64,000 nt of DNA from Gammaproteobacteria bacterium (GCA_040882865.1 JBBEAN010000015.1:40779-104778); one strand, 5' to 3'; shown: positions 39,361 through 48,994, numbered from the stretch's first letter. Notes: generated by a model not told the origin, from the sequence alone. Made by a program: numbers and translations.

Positions 39361-42300
39361 ATGCCCGCGAAATCGCACGATCCGAAAGCCGCCTTGCTGG
39401 GCGAGGTGGTCGCCCTGCTGGATTCGTCATTGCCCGCCGATGAACGGTCGATGTGCGAGGATTTCATTCGCAAGTACTACCGTGCCGTCGCCCACGATGA
39501 CCTCGTGGAGCGCGGTGCGCAGGAACTGTTCCACTCTGCAATCAGCCACTGGTCGTTTGCGATTAAACGGAAACGCAAAACGCCGAACGTCCGGGTATTC
39601 AATCCGGACCTGAAACGCGATGGCTGGGAGTCGACCCACACCATCGTGGAACTCGTCAACGACGACATGCCGTTCCTCGTCGATTCCATCGGCATGGTGA
39701 TGAACCGTCACGGGCTGATGGTGCACCTGACCATTCACCCGATTTTTTACGTCGCGCGCGACAAGACCGGCAAATTCACCGGTGTCTTCAACGCCAGTGA
39801 ACCGGACGATGGCACCGTCGCCGAGTCGTTCATGCACATTGAAATTGACCGGCAGACCGAAGCGGAGGCGCTCGACGCGCTCGAGCAGGACATCCGCAAG
39901 ACGCTCGCGGACGTGCGTGCGTCCGTCGAGGACTGGAGGGCGATGCGTGCGCGCTGCCATCAAGTTCTCGAAGCGCTGGACACGGATCCACCGCCGCTGA
40001 AGGCTCAGGAAATCGAAGTCGGCAAACGCTTCCTCGAGTGGCTCGAGAACGACCACTTCACGTTCCTCGGCGTACGAGATTACGATCTCATCACCGACAA
40101 CGATGAATACATCCTGAAGGTTGTCCCCGGTACCGGGCTCGGCATCCTCCGCAGCACCGAGAACCCGGGGCAGCCCAGCTTCAACGTCCTGCCAAAAGAA
40201 ATCCGTGCGCGTGCCCGCGCGCTGGAATTACTGATCATCACGAAGGCGAACTCGGTCGCGACCGTGCACCGCCCCGGCTACCTCGATTACATCGGCGTCA
40301 AGCGATTCGACAAGGACGGCAAGGTCTGCGGCGAGACGCGGTTCCTTGGTCTTTTCACTTCGAGCGCGTACAACAAGAGCCCTCGCGACATTCCCCTGCT
40401 GAAGCAAAAGGTCCAGCAGGTGATGGAGCGCGCTGGCATGCCGGCGGCGAGCCATTCCGGCAAGGCGCTGATGAACATCCTCGAGACCTTCCCGCGCGAT
40501 GAGTTGTTCCAGGCCTCGGTCAACGAGCTGTACGACATCGCGATTGGCATCCTCCAGCTGCAGGAGCGCCAGCGCACGCGCCTATTCATGCGTCGCGACG
40601 CGTTCGGCCGATTCTGGTCGTGCCTGGTGTTCGTCCCACGCGACCGCTACAACACCCAGATTCGCGAACGCATCCAAGCGGTGCTGATGGATGCGCTGAA
40701 AGGCGAGTCGATCGAATCCCAGCCGCGCCTGTCCGAGTCCGCGCTCGCGCGGCTCCACGCCGTCGTCCACACGAAGCCGGGTCGCCCCGCGAAGTTCGAC
40801 CACCGCGAAATCGAGGACCAACTCGTCATCGCCGTGCGTTCGTGGCACGACGAATTGCGCGATGCGCTCATCGAGAAATTCGGCGAGGAGCACGGGCTGC
40901 ACCTCTTCCGCGAGTACGGCGAATTCTTCCCGCCCGCGTACATCGATGACGTGACGCCGAAGGCTGCTGCGTTCGATGTCGAGCGCCTCGACCGGCTTAA
41001 GGCGGACCTTGAACTTCCGCAGTCGTTATACAAACCGCAGAAGAGCCCGGAGGGTATGCTTCGCTTCAAGATATTCCGCAACGAGTCGCCTATTCCGTTG
41101 TCGGACGCACTGCCGATGCTCGAGCACATGGGGCTGCGCGTCATCAGTGAGCGCCCGTACGAAGTCGACCTCCCCGATCGCACGCTGTGGATCCAGGACT
41201 TCGACATGGGTTACAGCGGTAACCGGCCGCTCGAGGAAATCCGCGACATCTTCCAGGAGGCGTTCTACCGTATCTGGCGCGGTGACGCGGAAAATGACAG
41301 CTTCAATCGGCTCGTTCTCGCCGCGAAACTTTCCTGGCGTCAGACCACGCTGCTGCGTGCGTACTGCAAATACCTGCTGCAGACCGGCTTGCCGTTCTCT
41401 CAGCAATACATGGAGCAGACGCTGTCCGCGAACGCCGGCATCGCTGCGATGCTCGTGGACTTGTTCGAGGCGCGTTTCGACCCGTCGAACCGTGCCGAAG
41501 CGGACAAGCGCGCATCTCGCTGCATCCGCGACATCGAAGGGGCGCTCGAGTCGGTCGTGAGCCTCGATGAGGATCGCATCCTGCGCGGATTCTACGGTGT
41601 CGTCATGGCGACGCTGCGGACGAATTTCTACCAAAAAGGCGCGGACAGCGGCCCGAAGCCCTACGTGTCGTTCAAATTCGACCCGTCGCGCATCCCGGAG
41701 CTGCCACTACCCCGGCCGATGTTCGAGATTTGGGTGTACTCGCCGCGCGTCGAGGGGGTGCACCTGCGCGGGGGCAAGGTCGCACGCGGTGGGCTGCGGT
41801 GGTCAGATCGGCGTGAGGATTTCCGGACGGAAGTGCTCGGCCTGATGAAGGCGCAGACGGTCAAGAACACCTTGATCGTCCCCGTCGGCGCCAAGGGTGG
41901 CTTTGTTATGAAGCGGCCGCCGCAGACCGACAGCCGCGAGGCCGTGATGGAGGAAGTCATCGCGTGCTACAGCACGTTCATCCGGGGCATGCTCGACATC
42001 ACCGACAACCTCATCGACGATAAGGTCGTGCCACCTACGGACGTGCTGCGTCATGACGAGGATGACCCGTACCTCGTCGTCGCCGCCGACAAGGGGACCG
42101 CGACGTTCTCGGACATCGCGAATGCGATTTCGACCGAATATGCCTTCTGGCTCGGCGATGCGTTCGCATCCGGTGGCTCGAACGGCTACGACCACAAGAA
42201 AATGGGCATCACGGCGAAAGGCGCATGGGAGTCCGTGAAGCGCCATTTCCGCGAAGTCGGAATCGATACCCAGACCACCGATTTCACGGTAGTCGGCATC

Positions 42301-44181
42301 GGCGACATGTCGGGCGACGTGTTCGGCAACGGCATGTTGCTGTCCCGGCACATCCGTTTGAAAGCGGCATTCGACCACCGACACATCTTCTTGGACCCGA
42401 ACCCCGACGCAGCAACGAGCTTCGAGGAGCGCGCACGCCTGTTCGCGTTGCCTCGTTCCAGCTGGGCCGACTACGACGTCTCGCTGTTGTCAAAGGGCGG
42501 TATGGTCGTTGCGCGCAGCGCAAAATCCATCCGCGTGTCCGACGAGGTCGCGGCTTGGCTGTCGCTGAACGTCGGCTCGTTGATCACGCCGCAGGAACTG
42601 ATTCGGAACTTATTGAAGGCGCCGGCCGATTTGCTATGGAATGGCGGTATCGGCACGTACGTGAAGTCGTCCGACGAGTCGAACGCCGACGTCGGCGACC
42701 GGGCGAACGACGCAATCCGCGTCAACGGCGAGGACTTGCGCGCGCGCGTCGTCGGCGAAGGCGGCAACCTCGGCTGCACGCAACGGGGCCGCGTCGAGTA
42801 CGCGCTGAACGGCGGCCGCATCAACACTGACTTCATCGACAACTCAGCTGGCGTCGACTGCTCTGACCATGAAGTCAATATCAAGATCCTGTTCAACGCG
42901 ATTGCGCGCGACAAGCGACTGAGCACGACACGTCGGAACAAAATGCTCGCGGCAATGACCGACGAGGTCGGCGACCTCGTGCTGCGGGACAACTACATGC
43001 AGACGCAGGCAATCACCATCGTCGAAGAGCACGCACCGAACCGGATTGAGGAGCATGCGTACCTGATCCGTCAACTCGAGCGGAGTGGTCGCCTGAACCG
43101 CGCGTTGGAATTCCTGCCGACGGACGACGACATTGCGCAACGGCGCGCGGCTGGCCGTGGCCTGACGCGCCCCGAAATCTCGATTCTGCTTGCGTACGCG
43201 AAAATCACGATTTACGAGGCACTACTCGGTTCCGACGTGCCGGAAGACCCATACCTCAGCGGCGAGCTCGAAGGCTACTTTCCAGAACGCCTGCGAAAAG
43301 GCTACCGCGAGCAGATGCTCGGACATCGCCTGCGTCGCGAAATCATCGCGACCCACATCACGAACAGCATGGTCAATCGGATGGGTCCGACGTTCGCGCA
43401 CCGCATCCAGGAAGAGAGCGGCACCGACGCGTCGTCGGTCGCGCGTGCGTACAGCATCGCCCGGGAGGTCTACGGCGTTCGCTCTTTGTGGAAGGCGGTC
43501 GAGGCGCTCGACAACCAGGTGCCGTCGACGGTCCAGACCGCAGCCATCAGCCAGACGCAGCGCCTCATCAAGCACGGTACGCATTGGCTGCTCGAGCGCC
43601 GCGGCAGCCTCGACATCGCGCGCGCCGTGAAGCGATTCAAACCCGGCATCGCAGAACTCATCGACGCACTGCCCGGCATCCTCGCCGAGTCGGATGCGAC
43701 CCTTTACGACGAGCGTTGCGAGCAGTACATGGGATTCGGCATCCCGCGCGCGACCGCGCGCCACATCGCAGCCTTGCGCGTGCTGTATCCCGCGCTCGAT
43801 CTCGTCGAAGTCGCCGCGACCGCGAAAATTTCGGTCGTCGACGTCGCGCGGGTGTACTTCATGCTCGGCGCAGAACTCGGCCTGGAGTGGGTGCGCGACC
43901 AGATTGAATTGCTGACCGTCAGTGGCCATTGGCACGCGATAGCGCGCGGCACGTTGCGCGACGACCTGTACGCGCAACAGCGCACGCTGACGGCGCAAAT
44001 ACTCGCCGGCGACCGCAAGCTCGATGCCACAGGACGCCTGGAGTTGTGGCTTGAGGAGAACGCATCGGCCGTGCAGCACCTCGAGCGGCTGATCTCAGAC
44101 ATGCGCACGGCGGGCCATCACGATTTCGCGACGCTGTCGGTCGCGCTCGGTGAGTTGCGCCGCCTCGCCCAGGGCACTTAA
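39361..44181 (+). CDS. gdhB: large NAD-specific glutamate dehydrogenase (~180 kDa class)
   Basis: Start moved to ATG 39361, giving 1606 aa. Sequence resembles the large bacterial NAD-GDH family (..GGLRWSDRREDFRTEVLGLMKAQTVKN..). Confidence 0.9.
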   Translation: MPAKSHDPKAALLGEVVALLDSSLPADERSMCEDFIRKYYRAVAHDDLVERGAQELFHSAISHWSFAIKRKRKTPNVRVFNPDLKRDGWESTHTIVELVNDDMPFLVDSIGMVMNRHGLMVHLTIHPIFYVARDKTGKFTGVFNASEPDDGTVAESFMHIEIDRQTEAEALDALEQDIRKTLADVRASVEDWRAMRARCHQVLEALDTDPPPLKAQEIEVGKRFLEWLENDHFTFLGVRDYDLITDNDEYILKVVPGTGLGILRSTENPGQPSFNVLPKEIRARARALELLIITKANSVATVHRPGYLDYIGVKRFDKDGKVCGETRFLGLFTSSAYNKSPRDIPLLKQKVQQVMERAGMPAASHSGKALMNILETFPRDELFQASVNELYDIAIGILQLQERQRTRLFMRRDAFGRFWSCLVFVPRDRYNTQIRERIQAVLMDALKGESIESQPRLSESALARLHAVVHTKPGRPAKFDHREIEDQLVIAVRSWHDELRDALIEKFGEEHGLHLFREYGEFFPPAYIDDVTPKAAAFDVERLDRLKADLELPQSLYKPQKSPEGMLRFKIFRNESPIPLSDALPMLEHMGLRVISERPYEVDLPDRTLWIQDFDMGYSGNRPLEEIRDIFQEAFYRIWRGDAENDSFNRLVLAAKLSWRQTTLLRAYCKYLLQTGLPFSQQYMEQTLSANAGIAAMLVDLFEARFDPSNRAEADKRASRCIRDIEGALESVVSLDEDRILRGFYGVVMATLRTNFYQKGADSGPKPYVSFKFDPSRIPELPLPRPMFEIWVYSPRVEGVHLRGGKVARGGLRWSDRREDFRTEVLGLMKAQTVKNTLIVPVGAKGGFVMKRPPQTDSREAVMEEVIACYSTFIRGMLDITDNLIDDKVVPPTDVLRHDEDDPYLVVAADKGTATFSDIANAISTEYAFWLGDAFASGGSNGYDHKKMGITAKGAWESVKRHFREVGIDTQTTDFTVVGIGDMSGDVFGNGMLLSRHIRLKAAFDHRHIFLDPNPDAATSFEERARLFALPRSSWADYDVSLLSKGGMVVARSAKSIRVSDEVAAWLSLNVGSLITPQELIRNLLKAPADLLWNGGIGTYVKSSDESNADVGDRANDAIRVNGEDLRARVVGEGGNLGCTQRGRVEYALNGGRINTDFIDNSAGVDCSDHEVNIKILFNAIARDKRLSTTRRNKMLAAMTDEVGDLVLRDNYMQTQAITIVEEHAPNRIEEHAYLIRQLERSGRLNRALEFLPTDDDIAQRRAAGRGLTRPEISILLAYAKITIYEALLGSDVPEDPYLSGELEGYFPERLRKGYREQMLGHRLRREIIATHITNSMVNRMGPTFAHRIQEESGTDASSVARAYSIAREVYGVRSLWKAVEALDNQVPSTVQTAAISQTQRLIKHGTHWLLERRGSLDIARAVKRFKPGIAELIDALPGILAESDATLYDERCEQYMGFGIPRATARHIAALRVLYPALDLVEVAATAKISVVDVARVYFMLGAELGLEWVRDQIELLTVSGHWHAIARGTLRDDLYAQQRTLTAQILAGDRKLDATGRLELWLEENASAVQHLERLISDMRTAGHHDFATLSVALGELRRLAQGT

Positions 44182-44211
44182 GCCGCTACGCGTTTATCCC
44201 CGCAGACTCCC

Positions 44212-44254
44212 TTGCGCTCCCGGAGTGAAGAACTCCCGACCGCCTGGTTCGTAG
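44212..44254. repeat. degenerate copy of the tRNA-Arg 3' half (outermost att remnant)
   Basis: TTGCGCTCCCGGAGTGAA-GAACTCCCGACCGCCTGGTTCGTAG versus tRNA TGGCGCGCCCGGAGAGATTCGAACTCCCGACCGCCTGGTTCGTAG. The last 25 nt are identical and the T-loop part is corrupted. Confidence 0.7.
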
Positions 44255-44433
44255 GCAGAGAGATTGTAACTAACTGTTTTTACTAGCCACGTTCGTGGGG
44301 CGCCCATTGCAAATCCCCGCAACGAACCGCAACCGACTGCAACGCATCCCCGCAAAATCCCCACAGCGTGGTTGGTACCGGCGCTGAACGTGCCGCTCTA
44401 GGTACCCCAACAATGCAGAGCGACAACGGATTG

Positions 44434-44832
44434 TTAGGCGTCAGGCGCCGACGCATCGGAACGCTCTACCCGCCACGGCGGGTTAAGGCGATTCTCCCCC
44501 GCAAAGTACAGCTTAATTTTGTTCCCTGAAGGGTCATGCAGTACCGCCTCGCGCCAGAGATATCGCATGTCGGTCGGCGGCTGGTCGAAGACGAACCCGC
44601 GCCCAACCAGTTCCGCGACCCTCATATCAAGGTCGTCGAGCTCGAAGTAGATAACGCTATTGTTGGACCCGGCGTCGTCTCGAAGCGCCAGCGAAAACGT
44701 TGCGTCTCCGTCCGGGCAGGAGAACCGAGCGTAGTGCGGAGTGTCGACAATCTGGACAAAACCGAGTTTTCGGTAGAAAGCCGAAGCGTCCTCCATGTCT
44801 GTCACTGGAAGAGTTACTTGGTTCAGCCTCAT
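44434..44832 (-). CDS. VOC/glyoxalase-family protein
   Basis: 132 aa starting MRLNQVTLPVTDMEDASAFYRKLGF.. ATGA overlap with the upstream small ORF. Confidence 0.75.
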   Translation of the reverse strand: MRLNQVTLPVTDMEDASAFYRKLGFVQIVDTPHYARFSCPDGDATFSLALRDDAGSNNSVIYFELDDLDMRVAELVGRGFVFDQPPTDMRYLWREAVLHDPSGNKIKLYFAGENRLNPPWRVERSDASAPDA

Positions 44833-45032
44833 TGTGCGTCTTCTTGACGTGTACGGCGGCTGATGATTAAAGCGAGCACCGTAAGAATGATGGCGAGGCC
44901 AAACCCAACCACGCCCAAGTTGATGTCGAAAATAGTAGCCGGATTAAAGACATGAGTGGCATTGATCTCTAATGCAGGAACCGCAAAGGCGTAGAACACG
45001 ATTCCGACAGTAACCAGAATTCTTGAGAGCAC
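44829..45032 (-). CDS. small two-TM membrane protein, unknown function
   Basis: Start moved to GTG 45032, 6 nt after SD AAGGAG. 67 aa with two hydrophobic spans. Clearly AT-richer than its neighbours. Confidence 0.5.
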   Translation of the reverse strand: MLSRILVTVGIVFYAFAVPALEINATHVFNPATIFDINLGVVGFGLAIILTVLALIISRRTRQEDAQ

Positions 45033-45060
45033 AATTTTCTCCTTCTTTAGTGCGCGCAAT

Positions 45061-45375
45061 CTACTGTTCCTCGAGTGCCCAACCGACGCCGAGTAGTGAC
45101 ACGACGAACAGCATCATGCAGACAATGGCAGACGCAGTTCCAAACCCTCCCACAAGCCACTCGCGTGCGAATTGCGCCAGCAGCGGCGAAGGCAGCAACG
45201 CCAACCAGCCCAGTATTCCGCCGGCCAAGGCCGCGACCGGCAACAGCCCAAATCGGTGCCGCCGACGTATGGGAAGCGTTCGCATCACCCGCTCTGTAAA
45301 GCCGTTGTCGTTCACCGCGCCGGCGAAGGCGCGGCGCAGCAAATCGTCGAGGTCTTGTTCGGAAATTTCGTTCAT
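45061..45375 (-). CDS. putative membrane anti-sigma-like protein
   Basis: 104 aa. Charged N-terminus then two or three TM spans. ATGA overlap with the ECF sigma gene. The call is by position only. Confidence 0.45.
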   Translation of the reverse strand: MNEISEQDLDDLLRRAFAGAVNDNGFTERVMRTLPIRRRHRFGLLPVAALAGGILGWLALLPSPLLAQFAREWLVGGFGTASAIVCMMLFVVSLLGVGWALEEQ

Positions 45376-45965
45376 TTAAATTGCTCCGTTGACTTCGAGG
45401 TCGGACTGGGCGCCCAGTCTTGCAGTAATTCCCGCAGCTTTGCCTTGCCTCGTGCGACATGGGTTTTCACGCTACCCAGCGGCATGTCCAACACCAGTGC
45501 GGCCTCCTCGTGGCTGAGCCCGAGCTGCACGCAGCACAGCACCGCAGCCTGCTGGTTGAAGGATAGACGGCGCAGGGCGGCATCAATGTCGAGGCCGAGC
45601 TCATGGGTCGGTGTCACGACGCCGGGCGCGTCGCCGAGGTGCTCGGTAAGTTCCCGCTCCTGCCGCCTACGATGGCCTTGGCTGCGCCAGTATTGCTGGA
45701 AGCAAGAGTAGGCGATGCGGTAAAGCCAAGTGCTGAAACGCGATTCGCCGCGGAACTGTGCCAGCTTGCGCCAGGCCAAGACGAAGGTTTCCTGTGCGAG
45801 GTCGTCGGCCAGTGCCGGGTCGTCGCCAAGGAGGCGACGCAACTGGGCACGGACCAATCCCTGGTGCCGGCGCACCAGGATTTCGAAGACGCGGGCGTCG
45901 TCGTTCTGAACGGCCCGTTCGACCAGAGCCGCATCGATGCGCGCCTGCGCATCGAGATCACCCAT
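45372..45965 (-). CDS. ECF-type RNA polymerase sigma factor
   Basis: Start moved to ATG 45965. Region 2 (DLAQETFVLAWRKLAQFRGESRFSTWLYRIA) and region 4 HTH (GLSHEEAALVLDMPLGSVKTHVARG). Confidence 0.85.
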   Translation of the reverse strand: MGDLDAQARIDAALVERAVQNDDARVFEILVRRHQGLVRAQLRRLLGDDPALADDLAQETFVLAWRKLAQFRGESRFSTWLYRIAYSCFQQYWRSQGHRRRQERELTEHLGDAPGVVTPTHELGLDIDAALRRLSFNQQAAVLCCVQLGLSHEEAALVLDMPLGSVKTHVARGKAKLRELLQDWAPSPTSKSTEQFK

Positions 45966-46335
45966 GCATGACGCCGCGACGGGCAAGAAACCAATTGCCG
46001 AGGTAACCAAGGCCGAGCGCAATCGGCAGGATGCCGAGGCCCCAAAGCTCTGCGAGGCGGTGCCCGGCATGGTAGTCGAGAGGCAGCGACACCAGTGTTG
46101 CACTTAGGCCGATGCCGCCCGCGAGGAGCACCAGGGCGCGGCGGCGGTCGCACTGCTGTGGCGTCACCTCGCCCGGTATCGTCGTCGGCAGCGCACTGCC
46201 GGACTCGGCGATTTTCAGCAGGAACTTGTAGCGCATATCGGCGCGGGTGCGTCGATAGCGCAACACCAAGGCAATAATTACTATCGGCGGCATGAGTACC
46301 AGCGCGGGAATGACAACCATCGGAAGAATGTCCAT
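45958..46335 (-). CDS. membrane protein, DUF6249-like (recalled)
   Basis: 125 aa with SD GAGGAG. TM - amphipathic KIAESGSALP segment - TM-rich C-terminus. Overlaps the sigma gene start by 8 nt. Confidence 0.5.
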   Translation of the reverse strand: MDILPMVVIPALVLMPPIVIIALVLRYRRTRADMRYKFLLKIAESGSALPTTIPGEVTPQQCDRRRALVLLAGGIGLSATLVSLPLDYHAGHRLAELWGLGILPIALGLGYLGNWFLARRGVMHG

Positions 46336-46364
46336 GTACTCTCCTCAAAATTGATTGGGGCAAT

Positions 46365-47825
46365 TCAGCGGTTATCGGCAAATGACGCCGGCACCTGTGC
46401 GTGCAACCATTCACGAATCGCGGTCGCGGCACGATCTTGATTGGCCAATACGATGATGACCAGGCCGTCGTCAGGATAGTAGAGAAACTCGGCCGAGATG
46501 CCAGGCGCACCACCGTTATGTCCTATCCAGCGTCTTCCAGACGTATTGCCAACGCTGAACAGATAGCCGTAGCCAATCGGGCCTGGCTGGATGTGGGCCT
46601 CCCAAAGGACGTCGAGTTGTGCACGCGTCAGCAGACGCTCATTCATCAGGGCACGTGAGAAAGCGTGCAAGTCGCGGGCCGAGGCGTAACCGCCGCCGGC
46701 GGCTGAACCGCGCACGCTGAGGTCCTGGCGATTGTCACGCCAACCCTCATCCGTCATGACGTAACCGGCGGCAAACCCTGCGTCCAGGTTGTCACGCCGA
46801 TAGTGATCAGCGTTCCTCATACCGGCCGGCTGGTAAATGTGCTCGCGAACGTACTCGTAATAGTCGCTGCCACTGAGCGCCTCGATGATCAGGCCGAGAA
46901 TCACCGGGCCACCATTGCTGTACTCGATGCCTTGGCCTGGCTCGAACAATAGCGGCTGGTCAATGAAGGTGTCCAAGAACGCCTGTTGACTGTCAAGCTC
47001 ATCCTTACGAGCGTCATGGGCCTCGTTCCAGTAGGAGCCAACGCCGGAGGTGTGCGTTAGCAACTGATGGATTGTCACACGGTCTCGAATCGTCTTGTTC
47101 GGAAAGTCCGGCAGGTGCCGCCCGACGGTGTCGTGCCAATCCAGCTTTCCGGCCGCCTGCAGTTGAGCAATCGCAATAGCGGTGAACATCTTGTTGATCG
47201 AGCCTAAGTTGATTGGGGTGTCCAATGTGTTGGCGCGACCGGATCCGAGATCAGCCATCCCAAAAGCGTTGGCATAAACCAGATCATCACCGTGTGCCAC
47301 CAGCACTGCTCCGGAGAACCGGCCAGCCTCGAACTCCGCATCCAGGCGAGCGCCGATCACAGCCGGAAGCTGCTCCGGGTCGACCGCAACGACCTCCGGG
47401 GGCAACGGTCGGACAGCGAAACGTTCGATCTGCCTCGGATTAGTTTCGGTTAGTGTCAGCTTTAACGACAGGCGCCGGCCGTCGGCCATGGTGTATTGCA
47501 ATTCGCCTCCCATTCCGTCCTCACCGCCGAGCACCTTTGGCGCCGGCAGAGACGAGACTTCCGGCCCCAAGACCTCGGCGAGCATCGCGAAGGTCTCTAA
47601 GAGTTCCTCATCACCATTGCGCTCGCGCAATTCCTGACTGAAGTGAGTCTCCAGCAACGGCTCCCGATCATCCACCTTAGCGGCGACCGTCTGCCAGAAT
47701 TGCGACGCCTGCTCTTCGAGTTCCGCCTGGGGCACTAAGGCCGTAGCGGCGAATGCGGCGAAGCCGATTGCCACTGCCCAGGCGAGGGCGACCCACCTAA
47801 CTCCAATTCCCTTGTATTCGACCAT
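46365..47825 (-). CDS. serine hydrolase of the beta-lactamase/PBP (class C-like) family with an N-terminal extra domain
   Basis: SxxK (SINK), YxN (YSN) and HNGG motifs. N-terminal TM or signal segment. Start ATG 47825 is preferred because of SD GGAG spacing. ATG 47831 is the alternative. Confidence 0.8.
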   Translation of the reverse strand: MVEYKGIGVRWVALAWAVAIGFAAFAATALVPQAELEEQASQFWQTVAAKVDDREPLLETHFSQELRERNGDEELLETFAMLAEVLGPEVSSLPAPKVLGGEDGMGGELQYTMADGRRLSLKLTLTETNPRQIERFAVRPLPPEVVAVDPEQLPAVIGARLDAEFEAGRFSGAVLVAHGDDLVYANAFGMADLGSGRANTLDTPINLGSINKMFTAIAIAQLQAAGKLDWHDTVGRHLPDFPNKTIRDRVTIHQLLTHTSGVGSYWNEAHDARKDELDSQQAFLDTFIDQPLLFEPGQGIEYSNGGPVILGLIIEALSGSDYYEYVREHIYQPAGMRNADHYRRDNLDAGFAAGYVMTDEGWRDNRQDLSVRGSAAGGGYASARDLHAFSRALMNERLLTRAQLDVLWEAHIQPGPIGYGYLFSVGNTSGRRWIGHNGGAPGISAEFLYYPDDGLVIIVLANQDRAATAIREWLHAQVPASFADNR

Positions 47826-47964
47826 TGCCATCTCCAAGTTCACCCCGCTGAATTGCGGCGCTTCTAAACCTTGGATGCTGACCAACGATGATTTGGATTC
47901 AACCGACGTGGTGGATTTCGCGGTCGAGAGATCTAACTCGGTTCCTGAGTGCCAAAATCGACTG

Positions 47965-48686
47965 TCACGTAGGTTCCACCCTTAGCACTACACTGCCTAC
48001 CTTCCGACCTGAGTCAACGCGTCGGTGCGCGGGGACGACATCCGTAAACGGAAGGCGACAATCGATTACCGCCTTCAAATCTCCCGCCGCCGCTCTCGCC
48101 GCCAAATCGCGCAAACAGCGGTAACGACAGCGCCCGCGTGGCTCGCGATTTGTACCATCGCATTCCCCACAGCGCCAGACGCGCCATTAATCAAGACGGA
48201 CTCACCTGCACGAAGTTTCGCCTTCCGCAGAAAATGCAGCGCGGTGGTGCCCCCGAAAGGGAGAGCTGCGGCCTCATCAAATGTTAAGTTCGTTGGAATC
48301 AATGCGACGGCGGAATCTTGGTTGACGCACACGAACTCGACATGCGCGCCCATCTTGCCGCCGGATATTCCGAATACGCGGTCGCCGACCACGAAACCGT
48401 CAACCATAGGCCCTATCGCATCCACGACACCTGCGAACTCGGTACCCAGTACGGTGTTTCTCGGTCGACGGATTCCAAACGCACAGCGCACTATCCAAGT
48501 GAAGCCGAACGGCACTCGCATAGCACGCAATCGCGAGTCGGCGGCGGAAATCGTGGTTGCATACACCTGAACCCGGACTTCGTTATCTTTTGGGTTTGGT
48601 CGCTCGACCTCCTCGATCCGGACAACTTCCGGTGGTCCATACCGGTGGTGGGTGGCCGCCTTCATCATCAAACCTTCTTTCAACAC
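47965..48686 (-). pseudogene. zinc-type (MDR) NAD(P)-dependent oxidoreductase with an internal deletion and frameshift
   Basis: N-terminal ~190 aa are intact (..GASGAVGNAMVQIASHAGAVVTAVC), then nonsense and a stop at 48075. The family's C-terminus LKAVIDCRLPFTDVVPAHRRVDSGRKVGSVVLRVEPT is readable in another frame at 48078-47965. About 100 codons are missing. Confidence 0.7.
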
Positions 48687-48897
48687 TCAGAGGATTTCGA
48701 AGCATACGCGTGTTTCCGACGGACCATATACAGATGATTTCGACGCACCTTCTGATCAACGCGAAGCTCAGCCGTGCTCGCGATATTCATGCTCGGCGAA
48801 GCGCAAATGGCTTGAAGTTTTTGTGGGGATCCCCGCAGCAATCCACACTCGCGATGTGGGGAGCTGCGGAGCGAACTAGGTAACTTATTGATGTAAT

Positions 48898-48916
48898 TGG
48901 CGCGCCCGGAGAGATT
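48898..48916. repeat. 19-nt copy of the tRNA-Arg 3' end (T-loop to CCA)
   Basis: TGGCGCGCCCGGAGAGATT, identical to 49077-49095 and 50283-50301. Confidence 0.8.
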
Positions 48917-48994
48917 ACTCGGCCGCTACGCGGCCTCGCCCTTCGGGCCGCCGCGCTTCGCGCGGCGTTGTCTCGCCGGCTACGCCGGCTCGGC
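48917..48994. mobile_element. hairpin-rich miniature insertion in the T-loop position of a tRNA-Arg fragment
   Basis: ACTCGGCCGCTACGCGGCCTCGCCCTTCGGGCC... with three GC hairpins. tRNA sequence resumes as TCGAACT at 48995-49001. Homologous to 51243-51306. Confidence 0.5.

Larger units (their letters stand above)
44255..48897. mobile_element. islet A: integrase-less genomic-island remnant at tRNA-Arg
   Basis: Bounded by tRNA-Arg 3'-half copies. Left arm 44255-44375 is homologous to 49122-49246, and right arm 48789-48897 is homologous to 50175-50282. Parts are visibly AT-richer than the flanks. Contains a deleted pseudogene. Confidence 0.65.

Noticed and set aside
48917-48994. Reading the T-loop insertions as tRNA introns or as parts of functional tRNA or tmRNA-like genes.
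   Set aside because: Complete uninterrupted tRNA-Arg and tRNA-Ser genes sit nearby. The interrupted copies lack the D-arm, anticodon arm and a matching T-stem 5' strand. Known bacterial tRNA introns sit in the anticodon loop.
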